Positions 9,863 through 20,317 of a DNA stretch of 64,000 nucleotides are shown here, in pieces. The notes under the pieces are model-generated. The model was not told the DNA's origin. It was given only the letters and a program-made list of their open reading frames with translations, and did no database searches. The position numbers and the translations under genes were made by a program. Numbering within the stretch: the first letter of the stretch is position 1; each line of letters opens with the position of its first letter. This stretch comes from a virus (taxonomy: Duplodnaviria; Caudoviricetes): IMG/VR virus record IMGVR_UViG_3300029288_000115, positions 32,163 to 96,162 of that record. The stretch is one strand, 5' to 3'.

Positions 9863-10144
9863 CTATAGCCTAAATCGCCTTAACATATCACCTATGAAGC
9901 CAATATCCACTTTGGCAAGAACCCTCTCTCTGGCTTCAGAAACCGTAGCTTCCTGTTCATCTAGCCCTTTCTCTTTATTCTCTAAGACACGCTGTAAGAG
10001 ATCTCCACCAGGTATCAGAGAGTTAATATCCTTAGACTCTTTGATTACGCTTGAACTCTCTGGGGTATTCTGTATGTCCTTACCACCAATATGTAGAGTT
10101 TTCTTGATTATGGCTTCTCTAACCCCATCTGGTACTCTATCCAT
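9863..10144 (-). CDS. Hypothetical protein downstream of portal
   Basis: Starts 1 nt after the portal stop. Confidence 0.55.
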   Translation of the reverse strand: MDRVPDGVREAIIKKTLHIGGKDIQNTPESSSVIKESKDINSLIPGGDLLQRVLENKEKGLDEQEATVSEARERVLAKVDIGFIGDMLRRFRL

Positions 10145-10145
10145 T

Positions 10146-12881
10146 TTATTTCTTTCCTCGGTCGTTTTTGGCTACGGTTGCAACCATCTGCCGAGTTTTC
10201 TTATCAAATGCGATTTTAGTATTTTTGTATCGACTTTCCCATAAATTATTTAGGGCCCTTTGCCTGTTTTTCTTACCTTCTTTTATTGAGGACTTTATCC
10301 TGTCTATGGGCAAAAGAGCCTTTAAATCTGTATTCATAAGGGCGCGATGGGCCTCCGCAATTATATGCTTCTTCTCCAAAGGTATCTGCTTATCCACGGC
10401 TTTTAACATCTGATTAAGGTCAAAATCCTCTAACTTTAAAATCTTATCATTAAAATATTTTAATAGTTTTAAACGATCCACATTTGGTCCTATAGTGTCA
10501 ACCACCAAATCTACTAAATCCTTAACAACGGTAACCTCCTTTTCTAAAGTTAATGATAACTCTTCTTCTTCTGCAGAAGATGTTTCTGACATATTAACTT
10601 GAAAAGTTTTTGGATCTGGGTCTAAACCCATATACGCTAAATGAATCTGACATAGACGTGTCTGCGTGTCGATTAAAGCCCTTTGTACCCGACGAGCCTC
10701 TCTAGCAAATCTAATATCATAGCGCTCTATTGCGGATCGGCCAATACCTTGTGGCATCTCTTCAACATATCCCCCTAATAACTGTAAAGGGGTCTTTAAG
10801 GCACAAGCTAACTGGTTTCTCTGCTCTGTTAAATCAGCTATAAATCTAATATCGGTTTCGCCACCAAGTTTTTCTATGGCTATATTATTAACATCTCCAA
10901 ATACCGGTAATATAATATCTTCATTTACCCCCAAAGGCGAGTTATGCACAAATACTCCAGCTTTTAATGGAAAATTATGATTACGTTCTGTAGTAATGTC
11001 ATAAGTGTCTTCTTTAAAATTTAGCCTCTCCACCCTTACTACTTTGTGATTTAAAGCTCCTACAAACCTTCCAAGCTCATCTCTTATCCTACTTGGTACA
11101 TTCCTCAGAGAATAACGTCTTCCTGTAAGAGCTCTTATTTGATTCTCTCTATACTTAGGTTGCGCCCACAAACCTTTTAGATTCTCACTCTGCATAGTAG
11201 CAAAAGCTTCCTTATCTGTATACAGCCTTTTATTCTTCTGTTTTGAACCAAGCTTACATCCCATCTTGCCTTTTACTTTAGTTCTAAACTCTAAAGTTGC
11301 CCAGCGATCTTTTGCCCTCTTGGAAATACTTTGTCCCTTTTCGGCTCTTTCCTCTTCTGAATAGCCTAACCATCTCTCTTTCCCTAACTTAGAATGATAT
11401 CTCCAATGCTCATTATTTCCCATAAGCTTAAGATTACTAGGGTCATTATTTTCTTTATCAAAATCTATGTGATGTATAGTATCCCCTTTCTTTAGCTTGC
11501 CGTAAACATACTTTCCTACTAGTCTATGCTCATGGCAAAATAGATTACTACAGGGATTATACACCAATCTATACCCCACCAGACCCTTAATGGCTACCTT
11601 CGAATAATAAGGCATTAAAGACTCTCCTCCTACTAGATTCTCTGCCTTCTTAAACTCTCCATTACGAAGCATAAAAGGGTGGTCTGGGGTGCAATCGATA
11701 TACTTACCATTGTCAAGATGCACCCGAACAAGCTGAGCATTAAGCCTTGTTTTCTGAACTTGAATTATCTTATCTGGTTCTAACTGCAAGGTCTTTGAGT
11801 TTACAGAAAGTATATATAGACCTTTATACGTCTCAGGGCTCTCTGCCATTTCCTTTATGCAAGGCTCTTCTCCATTTAACAAAATTAACTGCATATTCCC
11901 TCTCAAACAGTATTTTTCATCATAATAGGGTGAGTCAGCGTCTAAGGAAATAGCTCTAGCCCTCTGTAGTAAAGTCTTATATTCATCTATCATGTCAATA
12001 ACGGCCTCACTATTCGTATTATCCACCTGTACCTTATACAAATACCTTAAAATACCTTTGGATAATCTGGCGAGCATAATTGAGTCTTCCGTTAATCGAA
12101 GGCGTTTATAAATTGGCATAGCATTGGTAAGTACAGAGGTTCCATAGCGAGAAGTAACTCTGCGAGTATCCGGTGCCATAATGTTTACAGTGGTATACTC
12201 GATATAGGTGGGGTCATCGGCTTGAGGCCTTTTCTTCTTAGCTCCTAATATCCTACAATGCACGTAGTCCCAAGGGGGAAGTAGTTTTCTGCTTCTTCCC
12301 AGGGTTGCTCCTAAAGGTGTCTCAAAAAATCCTATAAGACGACCATTATAATCCAATCGACTAATGTTCAAGGGATGATTATCATCATCAACCGCTACCA
12401 CCCCCGTTCCAGGCATTCCATCAATCTTTATGAATAAATCACCATACGCCGCCGTTGTCCAAGCCCAATCAAAAATTCTTTCTTCTATCCCAATTCGGTC
12501 CAATAGCTTTGTTAACTCATTCTGTACTTTTCTATTCTGAGATGTAACCCAAACCGTTGCACCGTGAAGCTTAGAATAGGTTGTTGCCACCCCGGCAAAT
12601 AAATCTACAGCTGCTCCCATCAATGGATGTAAAATAGCTCTATCCACCTCTTTATAGAAACCACCCCGATCCATGCTCACTTGGGTGTTCTTATAGATCA
12701 TTCGAGTTAAATCTTGTGGGGCTATACCAAGTCTTTTAAATGTAGCTAAGTCATCAGGGGACAACTTGGATAACATCTGAACATCTTCGGCGGGGACTTC
12801 AGTGGGAGCTCTTCCTAATCCAATCTTTAATAGTAAATTCTTAACGTTCGTTGCTATACTCAAAGGCGTCCTTTCATTCAA
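10146..12881 (-). CDS. Portal protein (T4 gp20-like), intein-containing
   Basis: YGDLF, YVHCR, YGTSVL..PIYKRLRLTEDSIMLARL, EDIILP, DIRFAR motifs typical of gp20-like portals; about 588 aa after intein removal. Confidence 0.85.
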   Translation of the reverse strand: MNERTPLSIATNVKNLLLKIGLGRAPTEVPAEDVQMLSKLSPDDLATFKRLGIAPQDLTRMIYKNTQVSMDRGGFYKEVDRAILHPLMGAAVDLFAGVATTYSKLHGATVWVTSQNRKVQNELTKLLDRIGIEERIFDWAWTTAAYGDLFIKIDGMPGTGVVAVDDDNHPLNISRLDYNGRLIGFFETPLGATLGRSRKLLPPWDYVHCRILGAKKKRPQADDPTYIEYTTVNIMAPDTRRVTSRYGTSVLTNAMPIYKRLRLTEDSIMLARLSKGILRYLYKVQVDNTNSEAVIDMIDEYKTLLQRARAISLDADSPYYDEKYCLRGNMQLILLNGEEPCIKEMAESPETYKGLYILSVNSKTLQLEPDKIIQVQKTRLNAQLVRVHLDNGKYIDCTPDHPFMLRNGEFKKAENLVGGESLMPYYSKVAIKGLVGYRLVYNPCSNLFCHEHRLVGKYVYGKLKKGDTIHHIDFDKENNDPSNLKLMGNNEHWRYHSKLGKERWLGYSEEERAEKGQSISKRAKDRWATLEFRTKVKGKMGCKLGSKQKNKRLYTDKEAFATMQSENLKGLWAQPKYRENQIRALTGRRYSLRNVPSRIRDELGRFVGALNHKVVRVERLNFKEDTYDITTERNHNFPLKAGVFVHNSPLGVNEDIILPVFGDVNNIAIEKLGGETDIRFIADLTEQRNQLACALKTPLQLLGGYVEEMPQGIGRSAIERYDIRFAREARRVQRALIDTQTRLCQIHLAYMGLDPDPKTFQVNMSETSSAEEEELSLTLEKEVTVVKDLVDLVVDTIGPNVDRLKLLKYFNDKILKLEDFDLNQMLKAVDKQIPLEKKHIIAEAHRALMNTDLKALLPIDRIKSSIKEGKKNRQRALNNLWESRYKNTKIAFDKKTRQMVATVAKNDRGKK
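10941..11909 (-). mobile_element. Intein (323 aa) with HNH homing endonuclease in portal
   Basis: Y|CLRGN start, block B CTPDHPF, TYDIT...HNF, VFVHN|S end; internal EHRLV...IHHIDFDKENNDPSNL HNH motif. Confidence 0.92.
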
Positions 12882-12966
12882 GATACTATAAACGTCGTAC
12901 CATTAACTCTAGAACGTTACATTTACTATTAAATAAATATTTCTAATAGAAAAGTGTTATTTTATT

Positions 12967-13122
12967 TTAGTCTTTCCTGTTTCCCTTTCCCGTCTTCAGG
13001 GGCTTTGGTAAATCTTCTATCTCTATAAAACCCAACCGCTTATATAAATCTTTAGCTAATCTAAGAGACTTATAAATTGGAAGGGCTTTGAGGAGTACAG
13101 ATGTTCCATAAGGTTGCTTCAT
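12967..13122 (-). CDS. 51-aa ORF containing a portal-like segment
   Basis: Not in the track. MKQPYGTSVLLKALPIYKSLRLAKD...; 15 of 21 residues identical to portal YGTSVLTNAMPIYKRLRLTED; ATGA overlap with upstream ORF stop. Confidence 0.6.
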   Translation of the reverse strand: MKQPYGTSVLLKALPIYKSLRLAKDLYKRLGFIEIEDLPKPLKTGKGNRKD

Positions 13123-13560
13123 AGAGTTGCCTTCTTTGTAAGTTCTTCAACATCACAAAAATCTGGAACATATATTGAACCAATAATACATTGCTTGGGG
13201 CACTTCACAATTATTTCTATCCCACAATCTATCTCAAATCCCTTTCTTCAAATTCCTCAAAACATGGCTTACATTTAAAAACTCTTTTCTTTGTCACTTT
13301 TCCCTCTCTTTCATTGGGTTGCCCTTAATTTTCTCAAATCACAATGTTCATATCGGGGAAAACACCAAAAATTAACCCATTTCTCCTTATTGCCTATCAT
13401 TTTTATCGTTCCTCCATTACTATATCTAATCCACCAAGCCCTATATCCACCTCGTAATAAAAAATACCAATTCTCTCATTATTTGCAGCACTTCGCCCCT
13501 TTTGAGATATAACATAAACCCCCAAAATTATAATTAATAAAAGTAATATTATCAAAACTT

Positions 13561-13938
13561 TCACTTTCCCCTCCCTTCGTTCACGTGGTCGGCGATATTC
13601 TTAATTAACCTATCTAAACGATATTCAGTATCTTCTTTTCCAAAAGCAACGACCAGAGTATCTATTAACCATAATTCGGGATATATTACACCCTCTATTT
13701 CTTCTTTCTCTACCTTCACTGCCTCTCTCCCCGCCTCATTCCTTCCGCTCTCTAATCCCTTGTTATACCATTCCATTTTTGCATCTTCTATTATCTCGTT
13801 TATGGCGGTCTCGGCTTCAGCAACCTCTTTACTTAATTGAGTAGACTGAAATATCCCTATGGGTTTTGGTTCCCAGCACATAGAAGCAAATCCACACAAC
13901 TGCCCTAAAATCTCCCTGACCTTAGTTTCCTTTTCCAT
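13561..13938 (-). CDS. Hypothetical protein, paralog of 61717..62007
   Basis: Shared KVREIL and EAExAINxIIEDAKMEWYNKGLExGRNEA blocks. Confidence 0.65.
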   Translation of the reverse strand: MEKETKVREILGQLCGFASMCWEPKPIGIFQSTQLSKEVAEAETAINEIIEDAKMEWYNKGLESGRNEAGREAVKVEKEEIEGVIYPELWLIDTLVVAFGKEDTEYRLDRLIKNIADHVNEGRGK

Positions 13939-14076
13939 CGGCGGTCTCCTTCCGTTTAGTCCATTTCCTACGAATATAAACTAAATTATTCCCTTGTATT
14001 CCTAAAAACTGCCAACCCCTTTGTTTTGGTTTTGGAATGGGGAAACGTAAAATTTTAACAGGAAATCTATCTTTCA

Positions 14077-14104
14077 TCTTTTTCCCCATCGCTATATCTC
14101 CTCT
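14077..14104. repeat. 28-nt gene-junction repeat, copy at 61965..61992
   Basis: tctttttccccatcgctatatctcctct identical at both sites; encodes ...EEI-stop, RBS, MGKK. Confidence 0.9.
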
Positions 14105-14442
14105 CTCTTTCTACTCTGGGCGGAGAGAATGGCTTGGGCGAGAAATTCTACTTCTCTCATCCCAATAAAATACAAAGCAGGACTTTTATTAAACTCTCCC
14201 CTTGTTTTTGCATTTTGAATAGCAATTATTAAAGATAATTTAATCTCCTCTTCCGTCAACCTCTCCGCTTCCTCAATTCGTTTTAGCTTGGCGAGGGCGT
14301 GGCTTATATTTATATCAAACATTTCCTTTTCGTTCTGATTTCTAAAATTTGCTAAACACAAATTCTTCAACACATCCCTACGTGTCATCTCTTCACCTCC
14401 ACCAGTTTGTAGAGAAAATGTATCCTTTATATGGCAAGACAC
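14092..14442 (-). CDS. Hypothetical protein (likely start at MTRRD)
   Basis: GGAGGTG RBS precedes the internal ATG. Confidence 0.55.
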   Translation of the reverse strand: MSCHIKDTFSLQTGGGEEMTRRDVLKNLCLANFRNQNEKEMFDINISHALAKLKRIEEAERLTEEEIKLSLIIAIQNAKTRGEFNKSPALYFIGMREVEFLAQAILSAQSRKREEI

Positions 14443-14596
14443 TCATATTGCGAAAACTAACCCCAGGTGATGGAATAAACCTTTTTATTTTTATTCCAAC
14501 ACCGGGTTTTCTTTTTCTTAAGAAGGGGCTATTAACTAAGACTCGTGATTCCGTGACGTTGTTTTTTGAGTAGCCACCCTTAGTAGTCATAGCCCC

Positions 14597-15310
14597 TCAT
14601 CTAGGCTCTCCTTCTGGTAATAATTTTAATAAACACTTAGGATGCCAACTTTGATACCCCATTGCCATATCTATACAATACCATTTTCCGGCTTTGGCTC
14701 GACAGAAATCAATCGACCAATACCCATCAAATTTCGTTGCTATTTTACAAGCATAATCATTTAAAAGTTTCTTTTCTTCTTCTATCTCCTTATTAATTTC
14801 GTCTAATTTTTTATGATATTTTTCTTCTTCTATACTTTCACTTGTCCAATATGGATGATGACAAATAAGTTTATTCTTATAAATAAAATATCTCCTCTCT
14901 GGATTGATAGGTAAGTCACCCCCAAAGAATCTAAAGGCTGTGTCCATCTCAATATATTCCCGAACGGCATAAGAAGTTACAGGAACGCCACCAAAAACAT
15001 CAAGACATTCACATTCATTAGCTATCCTTTGGATATGTTCTTCCAAAACATCCAAACTTGGCACAAAACAGGTGTCCTTCCAATCGTGTTTTATACTACT
15101 ATGACTTCCCCTTAAAAAAATTGGAAAAACAAAATCTTGAGCTGCCTGAACAATCTCCTTAATATACTTCTTGGGAATATATAAAAATTCCCCTGATTTA
15201 TGCCATTTTCTTTTAACCGGAACAATAACTGTTTTCGGCGTTGGAATAAGACCTTGAATTTTAGGATACCAATATTCAATGGCATTTTTATCAATTCCCT
15301 TTTTCATCAT
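14597..15310 (-). CDS. ATP-grasp domain protein
   Basis: FLRGxxxSxKH, VRE, ERRYFI, WSIDF, WYCIDM motifs. Confidence 0.7.
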   Translation of the reverse strand: MMKKGIDKNAIEYWYPKIQGLIPTPKTVIVPVKRKWHKSGEFLYIPKKYIKEIVQAAQDFVFPIFLRGSHSSIKHDWKDTCFVPSLDVLEEHIQRIANECECLDVFGGVPVTSYAVREYIEMDTAFRFFGGDLPINPERRYFIYKNKLICHHPYWTSESIEEEKYHKKLDEINKEIEEEKKLLNDYACKIATKFDGYWSIDFCRAKAGKWYCIDMAMGYQSWHPKCLLKLLPEGEPR

Positions 15311-15699
15311 TCCCCCTTCCCCAGCAGGTGGGTTCTAAAATCATTCATAGCTTGCTCAATATAATAATCGGTCTTATCCATAGTTCCCATAACGCCATTG
15401 TGATATAGAGCGATTAAAATTTCCCTTAACCCCTCAATCCTTCCGGCGAGGGCAGACACAGCATAATCTACCCCCTCATTAAACCCCACAGTTTTATGAT
15501 AATCACTTTCAGATATATGTTTGGTTTTGTTATGGCAAATAATCTTTCTTTTAGGAAGCTCTCTTTTACTGATTACCCCCTCAAGAGCAATGACGGTCTC
15601 AATAATTTTCATAATCTTTCCTTGCTGGTCTTGAGGAATAAATCCATACAATTGATAATGCTTAACTATTTCCTTTAGGTTATCTTCTCTGGTTATCAT
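15307..15699 (-). CDS. Hypothetical protein, paralog of 62946..63398
   Basis: Shared MITRED, ETVxALEGV, AGRIEGL and RTxLLGKGE blocks. Confidence 0.65.
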   Translation of the reverse strand: MITREDNLKEIVKHYQLYGFIPQDQQGKIMKIIETVIALEGVISKRELPKRKIICHNKTKHISESDYHKTVGFNEGVDYAVSALAGRIEGLREILIALYHNGVMGTMDKTDYYIEQAMNDFRTHLLGKGE

Positions 15700-15711
15700 T
15701 TCGGCTCCTTT
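15682..15711. repeat. 30-nt RBS/start junction repeat, copies at 16175..16204 and 63381..63410
   Basis: atcttctctggttatcatttcggctccttt is identical in three places. Confidence 0.9.
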
Positions 15712-15717
15712 GGTAGA

Positions 15718-15876
15718 CTAACTCCAATCAATAAGACAAACATCTGGTAACTTTGAAACCGCAATCCCTTCGGTTTTCTCTTGCAAAATACTAAATAGCG
15801 TATCCTCATCAACTATTCTTATCGTTGGTTCGCCATCACCTTGCTTGTTTTTATAATCCTCAATTAAATATCTCAT
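15718..15876 (-). CDS. Hypothetical 52-aa protein (MRYLIED...)
   Basis: Not in the track; RBS shared with 63395..63862. Confidence 0.55.
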   Translation of the reverse strand: MRYLIEDYKNKQGDGEPTIRIVDEDTLFSILQEKTEGIAVSKLPDVCLIDWS

Positions 15877-16014
15877 CTCAAATCACCCCTTCCTTATTTA
15901 ATCTTAATTCAAGTCCTCATCACTGAGTAAATCAAAATCTCCAGTATAAAAATCTTTGTCGCATTTATCACAATGAAATGTTACTTGCTCAAAACAAGAT
16001 ATATCAACCTCTGG
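15871..16014. repeat. 144-nt direct repeat, second copy 63857..64000 (runs off window)
   Basis: 143 of 144 nt identical by visual alignment. Confidence 0.92.
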
Positions 16015-16101
16015 ATTTTCTCCACCTGTAAAATCGCCGAGATAAAATCCCATCAGTTCATTGCATTCAGGACAGCTGGCAGTCAACTTAATTTTAAACA
16101 T
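15904..16101 (-). CDS. Small zinc-ribbon protein
   Basis: CPEC...CDKC; AAGGAGGT RBS; duplicated at the window end. Confidence 0.65.
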   Translation of the reverse strand: MFKIKLTASCPECNELMGFYLGDFTGGENPEVDISCFEQVTFHCDKCDKDFYTGDFDLLSDEDLN

Positions 16102-16449
16102 TTTTACCTCCTTCTATCTGGTCTTGAGGAATAAACTTGTATAAACGATAATGCTTAACTATTTCCTTTAGGTTATCTTCTCTGGTTATCATTTCGGCTC
16201 CTTTCACATTACCAGCCATTTCTCAAACCCCCACTTTGGGCGGGGGATGTCGCCGCTCTATATTTTCTCATTTTGTAACCTCTATTTCCTTAATAGCTCC
16301 CCAATTTAGTACAGCCATCCTCTCAGAGTCTTTCCAGATCGTAAGCACATTAAAGCTAACACCATAACTAGTAGCTCCTCTGTACTCCTTTATAGTACCA
16401 TCTAGGAAACTCACCATAACCGAAAAAAATAAAATTAAAAAGTATTTTC

Positions 16450-16791
16450 TCATTTTTTCTCCAATCTTTTAAGAAGTTCTGCAGCTAAGTCTTCTCTAAA
16501 GCCCTCTTTACTGCTAGACTTTGAGCTCTGCTCTGTATCAAATATTATTCTTTTTAATTCATCTTTATCTGGTACGGATATTAAAGTCTTCGAATTATCT
16601 TTATCTCCATAAAATTCTTTAAGTACTGCGCTAATAATCCATCCAATAACTCCAGCCCAAGATATGCAAAATCCCATCCCATAGGTCATTAAAATTTCAC
16701 TAAGAAGGCTGTTCTCGTCTAAATCAACCAAAGCCATAGTAAATCCCAAAGATATAAAACCACCAACTAAGTATAAAAATAAATAAGACAT
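16450..16791 (-). CDS. Predicted membrane protein
   Basis: Two hydrophobic N-terminal segments. Confidence 0.55.
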   Translation of the reverse strand: MSYLFLYLVGGFISLGFTMALVDLDENSLLSEILMTYGMGFCISWAGVIGWIISAVLKEFYGDKDNSKTLISVPDKDELKRIIFDTEQSSKSSSKEGFREDLAAELLKRLEKK

Positions 16792-17728
16792 TAAATCTCC
16801 TCCTTATAAACTGGCCAATAATCTCTTAAACTTCCATCACATCTTTCGCTATGAACCTTTCCATCCCACCCAAAAACAAGTCTTGTCCCATTACAAGGAT
16901 AATTATATCCTACACTCTCTAATTGTACTTCAGATATTCGATGGCCACAAATTTTACATTTATAATAATCTATATTTAAAATTGTCTTCTTCTCTTTACC
17001 CATATTTCTTTCCCTTAAAATTAATTTTCTTTCCGCACTTTGGGCAATACTCAAATCGGATATGCAAACGATTATACTCATCGTTAGTTAGTTCTCCTAC
17101 CCCATGCTTTATTACTCGAAAGGTGCCCATAAAAGGATTATATAATTCAGAAATACCAACCCAATGCCTGCACTTCTTTGTCTTCACTTAACTCTTCCTG
17201 TTCTCTTCTTAGAAGCCCTAGCACACCAAGCCTTAAACATATGCCTCTTCACATCTGAATCAACCCAATTATATTTACTTCGTAACCAAGCATAAAAGTC
17301 TTTCGTTTCCTTCCCAATATTCATAGTCATCTATCTCCTTTATACTATTTAACGTCTTTCCTCTCTTATCTATCATTCAACTTCATTTCATATTTGATTT
17401 TTCATTCCCACTCTCCCTTTCCTTTTTCAATATCTCATAAATAGCCCGTGTTTGTCTCTCAAACTTGTCCACATGAGCATCAAATGCTATAGCACAACGT
17501 TGCAAAAGATAGTTTGATATGCCAATGGGCTTTGGCACACATCCCACAAAATATAAACAAATTATTAAAGCCTGGATTTTAAGAGGCAAATTAGTTATAT
17601 ATCGAACTATTTTTAAATACCGAACAGTACCGACAATAATATCTTTTGTTATATTACCTAAATTAAACACAATAAAGACCTATATCTTTTCCATAAACCA
17701 AACGCCTTTAAAGGTATTTCAAAAGTCT

Positions 17729-18307
17729 TCATTTCAATTCCTTCCTAATAAACTTTGAAAGCTTACTCAATGCCAATTTTAATCGCCAACGAATCTTCAT
17801 CTTCGTTAATCCTAAACTGTTCTGAATCTCGTTATACGAATATCCTCCTAAAAATCTGAGTTGTACTACCCCTTTCTCTTCCTCAGTTAAACCAGAAAGT
17901 TTCAAGATATCTTCTAAATCAATATTTGATACGTGCTGATCTAAATCCCAACGCGATGTTTTACCCTCCGTCTGAGGCAGTAATTCCTCTTTATATTTAT
18001 ACCTATAAATGCGTCTAACCTCAGCTTTTATATAAGCCTGTATTCTAGCAGGAATAGTCTCTGGATCGTCTGATGCCCTTACAGTCTTAAAGGCTTTAGA
18101 CGTAGCAATTATTGCAATATGATACAAATCTTGCATTTCTTCATATTGTAAAACACTATATTTAAACTTTAACTTATGCGCAACATAAATTAAATACATA
18201 TCAAACTTGGCTAACAAGGATAAAAATAGCTCGTTGTCTTTTGTTTTATTATACTCTAAAATCATCTTTAAAGCGTCACGCAAGGAAAAATTAAAAAGAT
18301 GTCTCAA
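17729..18307 (-). CDS. Sigma70-family RNA polymerase sigma factor
   Basis: Region-2-like EMQDLYHIA; region-4 HTH LTEEEKGVVQLRF..GYSYNEI...LG...ALSKL. Confidence 0.7.
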   Translation of the reverse strand: MRHLFNFSLRDALKMILEYNKTKDNELFLSLLAKFDMYLIYVAHKLKFKYSVLQYEEMQDLYHIAIIATSKAFKTVRASDDPETIPARIQAYIKAEVRRIYRYKYKEELLPQTEGKTSRWDLDQHVSNIDLEDILKLSGLTEEEKGVVQLRFLGGYSYNEIQNSLGLTKMKIRWRLKLALSKLSKFIRKELK

Positions 18308-18325
18308 GGACTCTCCAAATTTGAT

Positions 18326-20317
18326 CTACTGCAATTTATTAAACAGTTTCTTTAAAATGTCTATCTTATTCCCATGTTTTACACCAATAATTTCTTTACC
18401 ACCGGCATCCTTAAATACTAACGGATTTACTTTAGATGAAAGACTATCAGAAGCCGTTAACTTTTTTATAGCACGAATCATGCTTTCAGTATCCATAAAG
18501 GCATTACTGTTCTTCAAGCAACTTTCAATAGATCCAGCTACTGCATCAGCCACATCTTTACTGCCAGCTAAAACAATTTCCTTAATATCACCACTATCTA
18601 ATATTTCAATATCCACAACCTCTTCAGGATGATCCACAAAGTTTTTTACTGGATCATACTCTAAATTTTTTATTTCAAAAAATAACATATTATGAACGTG
18701 ACAAATCCATCTCTTATCATATATAATATCCTTAAAATCATTATAGGCATCAGGACTTTTATCAACACTTAAAGACTCAGCCTTTACTCCAGCCTTAATT
18801 AAAACTTGAAACATATTCTCAGACATCAAGCGTAAATCACAAGTAAAGAAAATATTATAACCAAGCCCTTTTAAATCCAATACCAATTTATTTATCTGAT
18901 TAAGAGGAATACGATCTCCCTCCTTAGCTACTAAACGCATAATAAAATCAGTCTCTATTACAGGTAAACGCTGAATGGCAAAAGTTCCATCTTCTTTCTC
19001 TACATTAACATCTTCCCAACCCTTAATTCCAGACATAGCTAAACCTAAAGCATCCCCCGTAACTGCTATATCACAATGTAAAAATCTGGGTACGCTTTTA
19101 GGCATCCGAAACTTCTTAACATCCAAATACATTAATAAAAATCCAGGGTCTCTTAATCCAATCGAAATAGTTGGAATCGATACGGGGTCTTCTTTCGTCT
19201 CATCAAAACATTCCTTAATAAATCTTTCAGATGCTATAAGCTTTCTTTTCCTTACACCCGCAACTGTCACCCCAGCTAAGTCCCGTAATGCTCCAACAAG
19301 ATCCCTCTCAAATTCATCTCTAAACTCTGCAGGCACAGAAATAATTTTAAATCCAGACTTCTGTGCTTCTACAATACTCTCAGAATTTAAAATTTTTGGC
19401 ATAGTAAAACCATCCCCAACCGCAACCGAAAACGTGACTCCAGAATAATATCTTTTTGGCTTTGCCTCCCATAAAGGTATATCGTATACTAACACCTTCC
19501 CAGAGGATTGCATCTTCGTAATAAATGTATCCATAAAAGATAGCTCATCTTGCTTAGAAGCCGCCAAAAACATTCTACCTAAACTATAACCATTTATAAC
19601 AAATCTTGATTCGAATCTTCTAACTGTAGCTTCGTAAGCTTTTAAAACTCTAGCCTTCTGTTTAATAGAATCGGTAGGAGAATCTAACTCATCTAATAAC
19701 GCAGCAATAACATCCTCTCCAATAACACCAAAACCACGAGCGTAAGGAGAAGCCAACACATAATCAAAAAGAGGCATCCATAATTGCTGGTCAGTTTTGC
19801 CTTTCAAATATGCGCCACGGGAATTTAAAAACCAGGGGGATTTTGTTATCAACGACTGTAGTTTGCTAAATCCTCGAGAGTCTCCTAAAGTCTTCGTTAA
19901 ATTAAAGAAACAAACCGTCATCTTACCAGAATCTGCCAAACCAAAATAAGACCAAGGATTTTTTAAGCAACTTATATGGTACTTAATATATGCAATTCCT
20001 ATATCAGCAACAGTTGTTTTTCCCGTACCTATAGCTCCAGTCAAAACAACTAAAAATTTATTATCATTTTCAAAAATCTCTTTTAAAGCATGTTTCCAAA
20101 CATCATATATAGCCTTACCATTCTCAGTAGCCTTTCCTAAAAAATAATCATCCTTAATAAAAGTTAAAACATCTACAGGTTTTTCTCTATAATCTAAAGA
20201 AATCAATTCATCAAGATATGATTTAACAACATTCAAATCACGATACTTCCCCTTCTTCGGCTCCTTCTGCATCTGCAAGCTCCTTCTGAATCGCCTTAGT
20301 AAGTTGCTCTCTCTCAA
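18326..20317 (-). CDS. terL: Terminase large subunit
   Basis: Walker A LTGAIGTGKTT, Walker B LLDE, nuclease HCDIA and KDVADAVAG motifs. Confidence 0.88.
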   Translation of the reverse strand: MRESNLLRRFRRSLQMQKEPKKGKYRDLNVVKSYLDELISLDYREKPVDVLTFIKDDYFLGKATENGKAIYDVWKHALKEIFENDNKFLVVLTGAIGTGKTTVADIGIAYIKYHISCLKNPWSYFGLADSGKMTVCFFNLTKTLGDSRGFSKLQSLITKSPWFLNSRGAYLKGKTDQQLWMPLFDYVLASPYARGFGVIGEDVIAALLDELDSPTDSIKQKARVLKAYEATVRRFESRFVINGYSLGRMFLAASKQDELSFMDTFITKMQSSGKVLVYDIPLWEAKPKRYYSGVTFSVAVGDGFTMPKILNSESIVEAQKSGFKIISVPAEFRDEFERDLVGALRDLAGVTVAGVRKRKLIASERFIKECFDETKEDPVSIPTISIGLRDPGFLLMYLDVKKFRMPKSVPRFLHCDIAVTGDALGLAMSGIKGWEDVNVEKEDGTFAIQRLPVIETDFIMRLVAKEGDRIPLNQINKLVLDLKGLGYNIFFTCDLRLMSENMFQVLIKAGVKAESLSVDKSPDAYNDFKDIIYDKRWICHVHNMLFFEIKNLEYDPVKNFVDHPEEVVDIEILDSGDIKEIVLAGSKDVADAVAGSIESCLKNSNAFMDTESMIRAIKKLTASDSLSSKVNPLVFKDAGGKEIIGVKHGNKIDILKKLFNKLQ

